Shown in pieces: positions 45,997 to 55,165 of a stretch of 64,000 nucleotides of DNA. Source of the DNA: Blastocatellia bacterium (GTDB lineage Bacteria; Acidobacteriota; Blastocatellia; UBA7656; JADIYM01); NCBI GenBank assembly GCA_021463145.1, contig JAJTWZ010000010.1, positions 6,766 to 70,765 on the forward strand. Reading direction: 5' to 3'. Positions within the stretch are counted from its first letter, which is position 1, and every line of letters starts with the position of its first letter. The notes below the pieces were generated by a model that did no database searches, was not told where the DNA came from, and saw only the letters and a list, made by a program, of their open reading frames with translations. The position numbers and the translations under genes are program-made.

Positions 45997-48626
45997 AAGG
46001 AAGCCACGTCCTCCGCGCGCACGACGACGACGGTGATGTCGTCGTGCTGGGCAGCGTCGCGCGAGTGTTCGGCGACGGCTTCGAGAAGACCATCTGCTAC
46101 GGCGCGCGCCGTGCGTCCGTCGTGCAGCCTTACGAGCGAAGCCAGGAGACGATCCTCGCCGAACTGCTCGCCCGTCTTGCTCATGGCTTCCGTCACGCCA
46201 TCCGTGTAGAAGACGAGCGCGTCGCCGCGTCTCAATTCGAGGCGTTCCGAGGTGATCAACTCAGCGAAGCGCGCCTCGTCCGCCGCGCCGAGCGCCGTTC
46301 CCGAAGGTGCCGCGAACGACGCCTCGCCATCCGCGCGAATCACCGCCGGTGGATTGTGACCGGCCCTGGCGTACTGGACCGTCATTGCTTCCGGGTCGAG
46401 AACAGCGTAGGCCATCGTGACGAAGGTCCCGCGCGCGAGGTATTCGCGCAGGTGGCCGTTTGCGGCGGAGAGCACGTCTCCAGGATTCCGTGATGCGTCG
46501 GAGGCAACCTCCATGAAGCCCTTTGTCAGCGTCATGCAGAAGGCGGCCGGCACGCCCTTGCCCGAGACGTCCCCCACCGCAAGTCCGAACCTGCCGTCCT
46601 CGAACGGAAAGTAGTCGTAATAGTCGCCACCGACCTCGTTGGCGGGCAGGCAAGTTCCGGCGATGTCGAATCCCTGCACCGACGGATCACGCGAAGGCAG
46701 CAGTCCGGCCTGGACACGCCGGGCGATATCGAGTTCTTCGTGGCGCCTCGCCTGGTCCATCACGGCGGATACCCTGGGCGGCGGGGCCTCACGGACGTTC
46801 GCCTCCGGGAGCCGGGAACCCGCAATGACCGATGCGATGGCAGGCGCAAGAAATACGGCGATCCCGAAGCCCGCCGCGAGACGGTCGCCCGTCGATGCCG
46901 ACACGATCGCGCCGACCGAATAGAAGAATACCGAAAACGTGAACAGCGCGAACGAGGCCGTCAGGAATCCGCGGCGAACAACCAGCAGAATGCAGATCGC
47001 AGACACGAGCAGCCCCCAGGAGACACTTCCCGGAAGCAGGTCGAACCGAAGATCGGCAAGCTCGAATGCGGCCGCGAACGGCGCGGCGACGGTAGCTGCA
47101 ACCGGAACGGCGATCCACGTGCGCCTGGTAAGGCGATGAAGCCAGGCCGGCAGGAAGAGAAGGAAAACCACTGCGTGGACGAAAACAGCCGGCAGCATGG
47201 TGATCGCGAAAAGGGCCGACGGCCGGGCATCGGCAGCGAAGAACGCGGGGCGTTCAATGACGAACTCCGGACCGAGCCAGGACGCAACTATCGCGCCGGT
47301 ACACGCGAGGACGCCAAGCAGAATCCAGCCCCAGAACGTGCCTTCGATGGCTTCGCGGGCGACCTGTCGCGAGTGGAGCCTGCCGGTCAAGGCGGCGAGT
47401 GCTCCCTCGGTCGAACTCTTTCCCCACGCGAAATAGGCGTCGGCTTCGCCGGCCGTCCACGCCGCGACAAGGATGAACCCGACCGGTAGCCCGACCAGGA
47501 ACTGCAGGGCATAAACGGCAATGCCCGAGTTCGACCAGTGGGAGCCGACGATCGTGGACGCTATCATCGTCGCCACGAATAGAAGTCCAACCAGACACGC
47601 GCGCCAGATGCTGACGAAGTCGCGGGTGATCAGGCGGAAGGCGAATGCTCCGATCAGAATGACGACGAGAAGGACCGAAGCGCCTCCGACTGCAATTCCT
47701 TCTATTACCTGCGAGACGACGCCGCGCGTTCCGATCGTGGCGATACCCTCGGGCCGCGTCCGGCTCTCGAACTCGACGATTCCGACCGAGTTGACGCGGG
47801 CCTCGATGCTTCGCCTGACGTTGGGGAACCGGGCGTCAGTCTGTTCGAAGACGAATTTGTGCTCGGATTTCGCGCTGTTCTCCGCGCCTTCGGATTCCCG
47901 CGGCCCATCGCCTCGCGTGTCGTCTCGCTCGCCGGACTCGCCGCGGCGCCGGCTTCGAATCCCCGCGGAGTCTCCGTGAGCGTCATCGTCGTCATCGTCC
48001 ATCACGACGATCGGAACTTCGTTGTTGCCGAAGTTGATCGCGACGTTCGTGGCGGCTTCGCCACGCTCGGTGAAACCGGTCACGTCCACGCCGGCGTCGC
48101 GGAGTTGCGACTCGACCCTGGCCCTGGCGTCACTTCTTTCGAACTTCTCGCCCTTGCCATCGCGAGTATGAAATGAGGCGCCGACCACGGTTCCGTTTCC
48201 GGCCAGCGTGACCGAGAATCCACCCGGATCCTCGTCCAAATCGCTCGTCATCAACTGGCGGCGGAAATCGACCTGCCACACGGGAATCGCGAGCTCGTCC
48301 GCTCGTGCCGCCTGCCGCAATCGCTCGAGGCCAACGCGCTCGACCAGCGGTTCGAGGTGGACGGATTCGATCCACGCAGGGTGGACGATGGCGCCGGACC
48401 CCGTGACGTCGATGGACTGAGCCGCCGCGTAGTTGCGAGCTCGGACCTCGGCCTCATCGGAACCGATCGAGCCTTTCGGAAGCCAGGCTCCGAGGCCGAA
48501 GCCGTAAAGCGAGATCGCCAAGACGAGACCGACGGTGCCGGCGATGGCAACGAGCGGCGAGATCCCGAGCATGCGATCGGACAACGGTTTGCAAACCCCC
48601 AACACTAAATCAGCCATCGAGGGCAC
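45993..48626 (-). CDS. Paralogous polytopic-membrane PP2C serine phosphatase (same architecture, tandem duplicate)
   Basis: The 877 aa protein has PP2C motifs VGGDYYDYF, AVGDVSGKGVPAAFCMT, YTDGVTEA and DDITVVVV. Its N-terminal domain includes an acidic DDDDDD stretch. It overlaps the downstream paralog by 4 nt. Confidence 0.8.
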   Translation of the reverse strand: MPSMADLVLGVCKPLSDRMLGISPLVAIAGTVGLVLAISLYGFGLGAWLPKGSIGSDEAEVRARNYAAAQSIDVTGSGAIVHPAWIESVHLEPLVERVGLERLRQAARADELAIPVWQVDFRRQLMTSDLDEDPGGFSVTLAGNGTVVGASFHTRDGKGEKFERSDARARVESQLRDAGVDVTGFTERGEAATNVAINFGNNEVPIVVMDDDDDDAHGDSAGIRSRRRGESGERDDTRGDGPRESEGAENSAKSEHKFVFEQTDARFPNVRRSIEARVNSVGIVEFESRTRPEGIATIGTRGVVSQVIEGIAVGGASVLLVVILIGAFAFRLITRDFVSIWRACLVGLLFVATMIASTIVGSHWSNSGIAVYALQFLVGLPVGFILVAAWTAGEADAYFAWGKSSTEGALAALTGRLHSRQVAREAIEGTFWGWILLGVLACTGAIVASWLGPEFVIERPAFFAADARPSALFAITMLPAVFVHAVVFLLFLPAWLHRLTRRTWIAVPVAATVAAPFAAAFELADLRFDLLPGSVSWGLLVSAICILLVVRRGFLTASFALFTFSVFFYSVGAIVSASTGDRLAAGFGIAVFLAPAIASVIAGSRLPEANVREAPPPRVSAVMDQARRHEELDIARRVQAGLLPSRDPSVQGFDIAGTCLPANEVGGDYYDYFPFEDGRFGLAVGDVSGKGVPAAFCMTLTKGFMEVASDASRNPGDVLSAANGHLREYLARGTFVTMAYAVLDPEAMTVQYARAGHNPPAVIRADGEASFAAPSGTALGAADEARFAELITSERLELRRGDALVFYTDGVTEAMSKTGEQFGEDRLLASLVRLHDGRTARAVADGLLEAVAEHSRDAAQHDDITVVVVRAEDVASL

Positions 48627-48671
48627 GCGGAGTGCCGCCGATGGCTGGCTTGCGGCTCAATCCAGAAAGAA

Positions 48672-50291
48672 TCAGCGGCGCTTCTTGGACTTCTTCGGCG
48701 CGGATTTCTGCTTCGACTTCGAGGACGGCTTGACCGTCTTCGCCCGATAGGAGGACTTCCGAACCGGCTTGTCCACGTACCGATCCATCGCGGGCTTTGC
48801 CGGAATCCGGATCTCCTGACCAGCCACGAGGTCGGCATTGGACGGGATGCGATTCACGCGAGCAAGCTCGGTAGTCGAGATCCCGTGGCGCGAAGCGACC
48901 GACGAGAGCGTGTCTCCGGCCTTCGTGCGGTAAGCGACAGTCGAATTTCCGCCGCCGAAGCCCGAAACGGAACGTGGACGCGTGGAGTCGGAGTCGCTGG
49001 AGGCCAATTCGTCGTCGGCCAACTCCACCGTGCGGCCGAGGCGCTCGGCAGGCGACAAGGCGGCCCAAGCAGTTTCGAAATCCTTGCGCCTTCCGTTGGG
49101 AACCTTGAGGTAATAAGCACCCGGAGGCGTCATGTCGCGGCGGAGGTGGGGATTGAGGTCACGGATGACATCGGGCGATGTCGAGCAGAGTTCCGCGACG
49201 ACGTCCAGGTCGGTCTGCGTCGTGACCTGCGCAAGGTCGTACTTGAGCTCGGACTCGGGAGTGACGGAGAAGTTGTAGCGCTTCTGGTTGTTCGCAACGA
49301 TTATGACGGCGAGGATGGCCGGCACGTAATTGCGCGTCTCGTTAGGCAGGAAGCCGGCGCGGTGGATTTCCCAGAAATCGGCGTAGCCCGAGCGGGCAAT
49401 GGCCTTCGATACATTCCCTTCGCCGCTGTTGTAGGCGGCCATCGCCAGCAGCCAGTCGTCGCCGAAGTAGTTGTGGAGGAACTTGAGGTATCGGGCCGCC
49501 GCGCGCGTGGACATCTCAGGGTCGGATCGCTCGTCGACCCAGTTGTCCTGGTCGAGACCGAATCGGCGGCCCGTCGAGGGAATGAACTGCCAGATGCCCT
49601 TTGCGGCCGCGTGGCTAAGGGCAGCGGGCTTCCACACGCTTTCGACCTGAGCAAGCCAGATCAGGTCGGTCGGAACGTTCTCTTCCTTGAATATCTTCTC
49701 GGCCATCTTCCGGTAGCGGCCGGAGCGCCGAAGTCCCGACTCCATCGTTCCGCGCCCGCGGCCCGCAGTGAAGTAGGAAATGAACTGGAAGACAGGCGCG
49801 TCAACAGTGAAGTTGAAGTCGTAATCGCCGTCGATAGATGCGAGTTGGCCGTCACCGAGCGACGCAAGGTCGGTGGCCGAGAGGCTGGCGAGTTCGGACT
49901 CGGCAGGGACGTATGCCTGGTCGGCGAATCCGTCCGTCTCGAGGTTCTGCGCCGACAACTGGTGGCGGTGAATCTTCTCGATCAGCTCGCGGTAGTAGCT
50001 CTGGAGCGGCTCGTTACGGCGAATGTCGATGTTGCTGACGAGGATTGCATCGATCGAGTCGTCGAAGGCCCTGCGTGCCCGGTCCAGATCGTTCTGGCGG
50101 AATGCCGTCTCCCCCATCTCGAACAGATACTGGGCACGATCAATTACGGCCTGCGTCTGCGAATCCGCGACACGTGGTGCGCCGGACGGGGAATCGGCCG
50201 AGAAATTCGCCTGGGGTGTCTGGGCCGAAACGGCCCCAGATGAAAGCGCGAGACAGAGCGCCAATGAGAGCGATGCGTTCAGTCGATTCAT
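48672..50291 (-). CDS. mltD: Membrane-bound lytic murein transglycosylase D-like protein (SLT domain and C-terminal LysM)
   Basis: A signal peptide (MNRLNASLSLALCLALSSGAVSAQT) is followed by an SLT domain (ESVWKPAALSHAAAKGIWQFIPSTGRRFGL...LLAMAAYNSGEGNV) and a LysM domain (YRTKAGDTLSSVASRHGISTTELARVNRI). The C-terminal tail is basic. The start is at 50291; the track ORF extends to 50429. Confidence 0.85.
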   Translation of the reverse strand: MNRLNASLSLALCLALSSGAVSAQTPQANFSADSPSGAPRVADSQTQAVIDRAQYLFEMGETAFRQNDLDRARRAFDDSIDAILVSNIDIRRNEPLQSYYRELIEKIHRHQLSAQNLETDGFADQAYVPAESELASLSATDLASLGDGQLASIDGDYDFNFTVDAPVFQFISYFTAGRGRGTMESGLRRSGRYRKMAEKIFKEENVPTDLIWLAQVESVWKPAALSHAAAKGIWQFIPSTGRRFGLDQDNWVDERSDPEMSTRAAARYLKFLHNYFGDDWLLAMAAYNSGEGNVSKAIARSGYADFWEIHRAGFLPNETRNYVPAILAVIIVANNQKRYNFSVTPESELKYDLAQVTTQTDLDVVAELCSTSPDVIRDLNPHLRRDMTPPGAYYLKVPNGRRKDFETAWAALSPAERLGRTVELADDELASSDSDSTRPRSVSGFGGGNSTVAYRTKAGDTLSSVASRHGISTTELARVNRIPSNADLVAGQEIRIPAKPAMDRYVDKPVRKSSYRAKTVKPSSKSKQKSAPKKSKKRR

Positions 50292-50589
50292 ATGACGATG
50301 GATTTGCCTTGAAAATTTGGTCGGGGCGCAGCCGGCCTCGATTCGGTGGTGCCGGCGTAAATACAACTCTCTATTGGAGTTACAACAAAAAGACTCCGAA
50401 TGGTAGCACGTGGCGGAAATCAAAGTCAAACAAGGAGTTCCGGCTGAGGGGGGTGCTGGGCGGGAGGCGGTCGTGGAGCGAAAGCCCGGTTCGAGCGCCG
50501 CAAGTTCGAAAGCATCGCTTGCGCGGAAGGACCGTCACGCACGGCGAGAGCCGCAGTGTTCCATTCATATGAGGACAAGTTCTCTCAGA

Positions 50590-50651
50590 GGGCGAAAGGC
50601 CCACACGGGAATCTGCCAGACTCGCACACGGTCCCCCGGGCCCTTTCGCCC
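50590..50651. other. Stable hairpin in the mltD-rimO divergent intergenic region
   Basis: A 13-bp stem (GGGCGAAAGGCCC, 50590-50602) pairs with GGGCCCTTTCGCCC (50638-50651) around a 35-nt loop that contains two copies of CACACGG. Function is unknown. An AT-richer stretch at about 50360-50400 carries sigma70-like -35 and -10 hexamers oriented toward mltD. Confidence 0.35.
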
Positions 50652-50868
50652 GTCCGGGGCGCTGGCCTCGTTCCCGTCGGTCACACAAGGCGTATGCCAT
50701 AGGCAACGGTGCATTCGCTCCCACGGCGATCTTCGGCCGGTCGAGTTCCAGCGCCGGAACGGAGTCCCTCCGCTCGTCCGGCCCCGGTAACCCAGGTTGG
50801 CGCATTCGCGCATCGTCCCGTATGATTGCCCGCTTGCGCGGGATGCGCGGGGCACGGGAAGTGTCAAC

Positions 50869-52221
50869 ATGAAGAGCATCGGCATGGTCAGCCTCGGCTG
50901 TCCGAAGAACCTCGTCGACAGCGAAGTCATGATGGGCGTGCTGCGCCGTCACGGCTTCCAGCTCACGTCGGACCCCGCGACCGCAAACGTCGTCGTCGTG
51001 AACACCTGCGGCTTCATCGACACGGCGAAGCAGGAATCGATCGACACCATTCTCGAAATGGCCGAGTTGAAAAAGACCGGCTCGCTCGAAAAGCTCGTCG
51101 TCGCGGGCTGCCTCGTCGAGCGCTACCGCAACGACCTGCGGAACGAAATCCCCGAGATCGACGCCGTCCTCGGCACGAGCCAGATCGAGCAGATCGCCGA
51201 AGCCTGCTCCGATCCCGCGTCCTTCGGCCGCCAGGAACAGGCCAATGCCGGCCGCGACGCCATCACATACCTCTACTCCGACCAGACGCCCCGCGTGCTC
51301 GCGACCGCGCCGCACAGCGCCTACATCAAGATCAGCGAAGGCTGCGACCGTCCGTGCACGTTCTGCGTGATTCCGGAAATGCGCGGCCATTTCCGCAGCC
51401 GCTCGCCCGAGTCGATCCTTCGCGAAGTCGAGCAACTCGGCGCCGCCGGCACGCGCGAAGTCGTTCTCATCGCCCAGGAGTCGACGCTGTACGGCTCGGA
51501 CCTCGGACTGCGGCACGGGCTCGCGGACCTGCTCGACAGGATGGCGGCGGCCGGCGCCGTCGACTGGATCCGGTTCCTCTACGCGTATCCGACGACGGCC
51601 TCGGACCGGCTCTTCGAGGTCATGGCGGCACACGACTCGCTCTGCAACTACCTCGACGTGCCGCTCCAGCATGCGTCGCGCGACGTCCTGAAGCGGATGA
51701 AACGTCCGGGCGACCGCGGCTACTACGAGAAGCTCGTCGACCGTGCGCGCTCGATCGTTCCCGACATCGCCATCCGGACGACGTTCATCGTCGGATTTCC
51801 GGGTGAGACGGACGCCGATTTCGACGAGCTCGCCGGGTTCGTACGCACGGCGAAGTTCGACCGCATGGGTGTGTTCACGTATTCCGACGAAGAGGGCACC
51901 GGCGCGTATCTGCTCGACGGCAAGGTCGATCCCGCCGTCGCAACCGAACGCCGCGACATCCTGATGGAAATCCAGCGCGAGATCTCGCTCGAGCGGAACC
52001 GCGAGCACGTCGGCACGGTCGTCGACGTGATGATGGAAGGACGCTCGGAAGAGACCGACCTGCTGCTGCAGGGCCGGATGCGTTCCCAGGCGCCCGAAAT
52101 CGACGGGGTCGTGCTCGTCAACGAACTGCTCGACGACGAGTCGATACCCGAGGAAGGCGACATCGTCCGTGTCGAGATCACCGACGCCCACGAGTACGAC
52201 CTCGTCGGGAGGCTCGTATGA
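50869..52221 (+). CDS. rimO: Ribosomal protein S12 methylthiotransferase RimO
   Basis: The protein has the MTTase N-terminal domain (IGMVSLGCPKNLVDSE), a radical-SAM cysteine motif (CDRPCTFC) and a C-terminal TRAM domain. The start is the ATG at 50869; the track ORF begins at 50797. Confidence 0.88.
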   Translation: MKSIGMVSLGCPKNLVDSEVMMGVLRRHGFQLTSDPATANVVVVNTCGFIDTAKQESIDTILEMAELKKTGSLEKLVVAGCLVERYRNDLRNEIPEIDAVLGTSQIEQIAEACSDPASFGRQEQANAGRDAITYLYSDQTPRVLATAPHSAYIKISEGCDRPCTFCVIPEMRGHFRSRSPESILREVEQLGAAGTREVVLIAQESTLYGSDLGLRHGLADLLDRMAAAGAVDWIRFLYAYPTTASDRLFEVMAAHDSLCNYLDVPLQHASRDVLKRMKRPGDRGYYEKLVDRARSIVPDIAIRTTFIVGFPGETDADFDELAGFVRTAKFDRMGVFTYSDEEGTGAYLLDGKVDPAVATERRDILMEIQREISLERNREHVGTVVDVMMEGRSEETDLLLQGRMRSQAPEIDGVVLVNELLDDESIPEEGDIVRVEITDAHEYDLVGRLV

Positions 52222-52754
52222 CGGTGGACGCCGCGCCGTCCGCACCTTCGGCGCTCGATCGGCTCGCGCGATTCATTGCTTCCGGCGGAGGCGCGGGCTT
52301 TCTGCCGATCGCGCCCGGCACGTGGGGATCGGGAATCGTCACGGGCGGGCTCTGGCTTCTGCACCTGTTCGTTCCGGGCATCGTCGTGCGCCCGATCGCC
52401 GGGCTGATCATGCTCGCCGCCGCACTCGCACTTGCGTGGATCGGCATCTGGGCTGGCGACCGCGTCGCCAACCGGCTCGGCAACGACGATCCGGGCGAAG
52501 TGGTCATCGACGAAGTCGTCGGGCAGTTGCTCACATACAGCCTGTTGCCGTTCGCCGGACGCGAGTGGACCGGCTGGTCGTTCGAGATTGCGCTGGCCGC
52601 CGGGTTTTTTCTGTTTCGCGGGCTCGACATCCTGAAACCGGGCCCGATCGACGACCTTCAGAATCTGCACGGCGGGCTCGGCATCATGGCCGACGACTTT
52701 CTCGCCGGCATCGTCGGCGCGTGCGCAATGCTCGGCGCGGCGATGTTGCTTTGA
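52218..52754 (+). CDS. pgpA: Phosphatidylglycerophosphatase A
   Basis: The 178 aa protein has PgpA motifs GFLPIAPGTWGS and VIDEVVGQ. It overlaps the rimO stop by 4 nt. Confidence 0.85.
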   Translation: MTVDAAPSAPSALDRLARFIASGGGAGFLPIAPGTWGSGIVTGGLWLLHLFVPGIVVRPIAGLIMLAAALALAWIGIWAGDRVANRLGNDDPGEVVIDEVVGQLLTYSLLPFAGREWTGWSFEIALAAGFFLFRGLDILKPGPIDDLQNLHGGLGIMADDFLAGIVGACAMLGAAMLL

Positions 52755-52764
52755 GGGCGCTGGA

Positions 52765-54000
52765 ATGAATGCCGAGATCATTGCGATCGGATCCGAACTG
52801 CTTACGCCCGACCGCGTCGACACGAACTCTCTCTGGCTGACGGAGCGGCTCAACGCGATCGGCATCGACGTCCGGCTGAAGACTATCGTTGGCGACGACG
52901 ACCTTCGGCTCGAAGAAGCCGTTCGAGACGCGATTCGGCGCACTGACCTGTTGATCGCGACCGGAGGCCTCGGCCCGACCGAAGACGACATCACGCGAAA
53001 AATATTCGCGCGCGTGCTTGGCCGTCCGCTGGTGTTGGACGATACGGTGCTCGAGGGCATTCGCGACAGGTTCCGCCAGTTCGGGCTGACGATGACGTCG
53101 AACAACGAGCGTCAGGCGCTGGTGCCGCGAGACGCGGAAGTGCTGCCAAACGCCCGCGGCAGCGCGCCGGGTCTGCTCATCCAGCACGAGCGGACGCTGA
53201 TAGTGCTTTTCCCCGGTCCACCGCGCGAGATGATGCCCATGTTCAGCGAACAGATCGAAGCTCGGCTCGAGAAGCTGTCGCACGGCGAGCGGATCCGTAA
53301 GCGGGTGATGCGCTCAACCGGCATTGGCGAGTCCGCGCTCGACCAGAGAATCGCGCCGATCTACGGTCAGTACTCGAATCCGGCGACGACGATTCTTTCG
53401 AAACCTGGCGAGGTAGAGATTCACCTCACGGCCACGTCCGAGACGGCCGAGATGGCGGAGAAACTCCTCGACGAGCTCGCCGGCAGGATCGAGGACGAGC
53501 TGTTTCCAGCGATCTTCTCGCATCGCGGCGAGTCGCTGGAGGAGATCGTCGGGCTGGGACTAACCGTCAAGGGCTACACGCTCGCGACGGCCGAAAGCTG
53601 CACGGGCGGCCTCGTCGCCAAGCGAATTACCGACGTGCCGGGAAGTTCGGCATTTTTTCTCGAGGGCCACGTCACATATTCGAACGCCTCCAAGACGCGG
53701 ATGCTCGGAGTCCCCGATTCGCTCATCGCCGAACACGGCGCCGTGAGCGCGGAAGTGGCTGAAGCCATGGCGCTCGGTGTGAAGGAGGTCTCGGGCGCCA
53801 CGATCGGAGTTGCAACAACGGGCATCGCGGGGCCGGGAGGCGGATCGGAGGAGAAGCCGGTCGGACTCGTATACATCGCCATAGCCGACGACGTGCAGGC
53901 CGAGGCGAAACCGTACACGCTGTTCGGGTCACGCTCCGAGATCCGCGAGCGCGCCTCACAGATCGCCCTCGACCTCATCCGCCGCCGCTTCCTACTTTAG
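52765..54000 (+). CDS. cinA: CinA-family protein (competence/damage-inducible protein A; NMN deamidase-type C-terminal domain)
   Basis: The protein has an N-terminal MoCF-biosynthesis-like domain (MNAEIIAIGSELL...) and a C-terminal CinA domain (LATAESCTGGLVAKRITDVPGSS...GVATTGIAGPGGG). Confidence 0.9.
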   Translation: MNAEIIAIGSELLTPDRVDTNSLWLTERLNAIGIDVRLKTIVGDDDLRLEEAVRDAIRRTDLLIATGGLGPTEDDITRKIFARVLGRPLVLDDTVLEGIRDRFRQFGLTMTSNNERQALVPRDAEVLPNARGSAPGLLIQHERTLIVLFPGPPREMMPMFSEQIEARLEKLSHGERIRKRVMRSTGIGESALDQRIAPIYGQYSNPATTILSKPGEVEIHLTATSETAEMAEKLLDELAGRIEDELFPAIFSHRGESLEEIVGLGLTVKGYTLATAESCTGGLVAKRITDVPGSSAFFLEGHVTYSNASKTRMLGVPDSLIAEHGAVSAEVAEAMALGVKEVSGATIGVATTGIAGPGGGSEEKPVGLVYIAIADDVQAEAKPYTLFGSRSEIRERASQIALDLIRRRFLL

Positions 54001-54055
54001 TACCGAAGGGCCGAGCGATACTGCTCTTCAACATCTGGATGTCACATTTCACTCT

Positions 54056-55078
54056 ATGAAACTCTTCATTACGGGCGGAGCCGGGTTCATCGGCTCGAAC
54101 CACATCAGACTGCTCCTGGCTTCGGATCCCGACGTCGAGATCGTCAACTTCGACGCACTCACGTACGCGGGCAATCTCGAGAACCTGAGAGACATTGCGG
54201 AGGATCCGCGCTATCGCTTCGTTCGCGGCAACATCACGAACGCGTCCGAGGTGCTGGGCTCGCTCGAGGAAGGCGTCGATGCGATAGTGAACTTCGCGGC
54301 CGAGTCGCACGTCGACCGGTCGATCGAATCGGCCGCCGAGTTCGTGTTGACGAACGTAGCCGGTACGCAGGTGCTGCTGGATGCGGCGCGTATGCGCAAG
54401 GTGCCGCGCTTCGTTCACGTTTCGACGGACGAGGTGATGGGCTCGCTCGACGATGGTGGGTTCTTCACGGAGGATTCGCCGCTTGCGCCGAACAGTCCGT
54501 ATGCGGCGTCGAAAGCGGCGGCCGAGCATCTCGTTCGCGCGGCGATGAAGACGCATGGGCTGGACGTCGTCATCACAAGGTGCTCGAACAACTACGGTCC
54601 GTATCAGTTCCCCGAGAAGTTGATCCCGTTGGTAATCGCGAACGCGATGGAGGGAAAGATCGTGCCGGTCTACGGAGACGGGCTGCAGGTGCGCGACTGG
54701 ATCTACGTCGACGACCACTGCCGAGCGGTCGACGCGGTGATGCGTAAGGCCGCGACGGGCTCGGTCTACTGTATCGGCGCCCGGTCCGAGCGAGCGAATC
54801 TGGAGGTCATCCGGACAATTCTGGATGCGGTAGGTGCACCGCACTCGCTGATCACGTACGTGAGCGACCGGCCGGGACACGATCGGCGCTACGCCATCGA
54901 TCCGGTGCGGGTCGAGTCCGAGGTCGGCTGGTCGCCACAGGTGACGTTCGAGGAGGGAATCGCGAAGACGGTCGCCTGGTACCGTGATAGTGCGGAGTGG
55001 ATTGCGCACGCGCGGTCCGGCGAGTATCGGGAGTTCTACGAGAAGAACCTCGCCTGGCGTGAGACGATGAAGAGCTGA
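54056..55078 (+). CDS. rfbB: dTDP-glucose 4,6-dehydratase
   Basis: The Rossmann motif is GGAGFIGSN. The SDR catalytic residues sit in the YAASKAAAE context, and the overall length and alignment pattern match RmlB (VHVSTDEV..., NNYGPYQFPEKLIP). Confidence 0.92.
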   Translation: MKLFITGGAGFIGSNHIRLLLASDPDVEIVNFDALTYAGNLENLRDIAEDPRYRFVRGNITNASEVLGSLEEGVDAIVNFAAESHVDRSIESAAEFVLTNVAGTQVLLDAARMRKVPRFVHVSTDEVMGSLDDGGFFTEDSPLAPNSPYAASKAAAEHLVRAAMKTHGLDVVITRCSNNYGPYQFPEKLIPLVIANAMEGKIVPVYGDGLQVRDWIYVDDHCRAVDAVMRKAATGSVYCIGARSERANLEVIRTILDAVGAPHSLITYVSDRPGHDRRYAIDPVRVESEVGWSPQVTFEEGIAKTVAWYRDSAEWIAHARSGEYREFYEKNLAWRETMKS

Positions 55079-55157
55079 CAGGATTGCAGGATTGACAGGA
55101 TTCTTTCGGCATTCAGCAATCCTGTGAATCCTGCAAAATCCGGCAATCCTGTCAGCT
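55073..55157. terminator. Bidirectional terminator hairpin between convergent rfbB and mdh, built from CAGGATT heptamer repeats
   Basis: The left arm is AGCTGACAGGATTGCAGGATTGACAGGATT, which overlaps the rfbB stop. The right arm is AATCCTGTGAATCCTGCAAAATCCGGCAATCCTGTCAGCT. The sequence CTCTTTCTCTCT follows, and GATGAAGAG precedes it (U-rich on the minus strand). The region is locally AT-richer. Confidence 0.55.
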
Positions 55158-55165
55158 CTTTCTCT

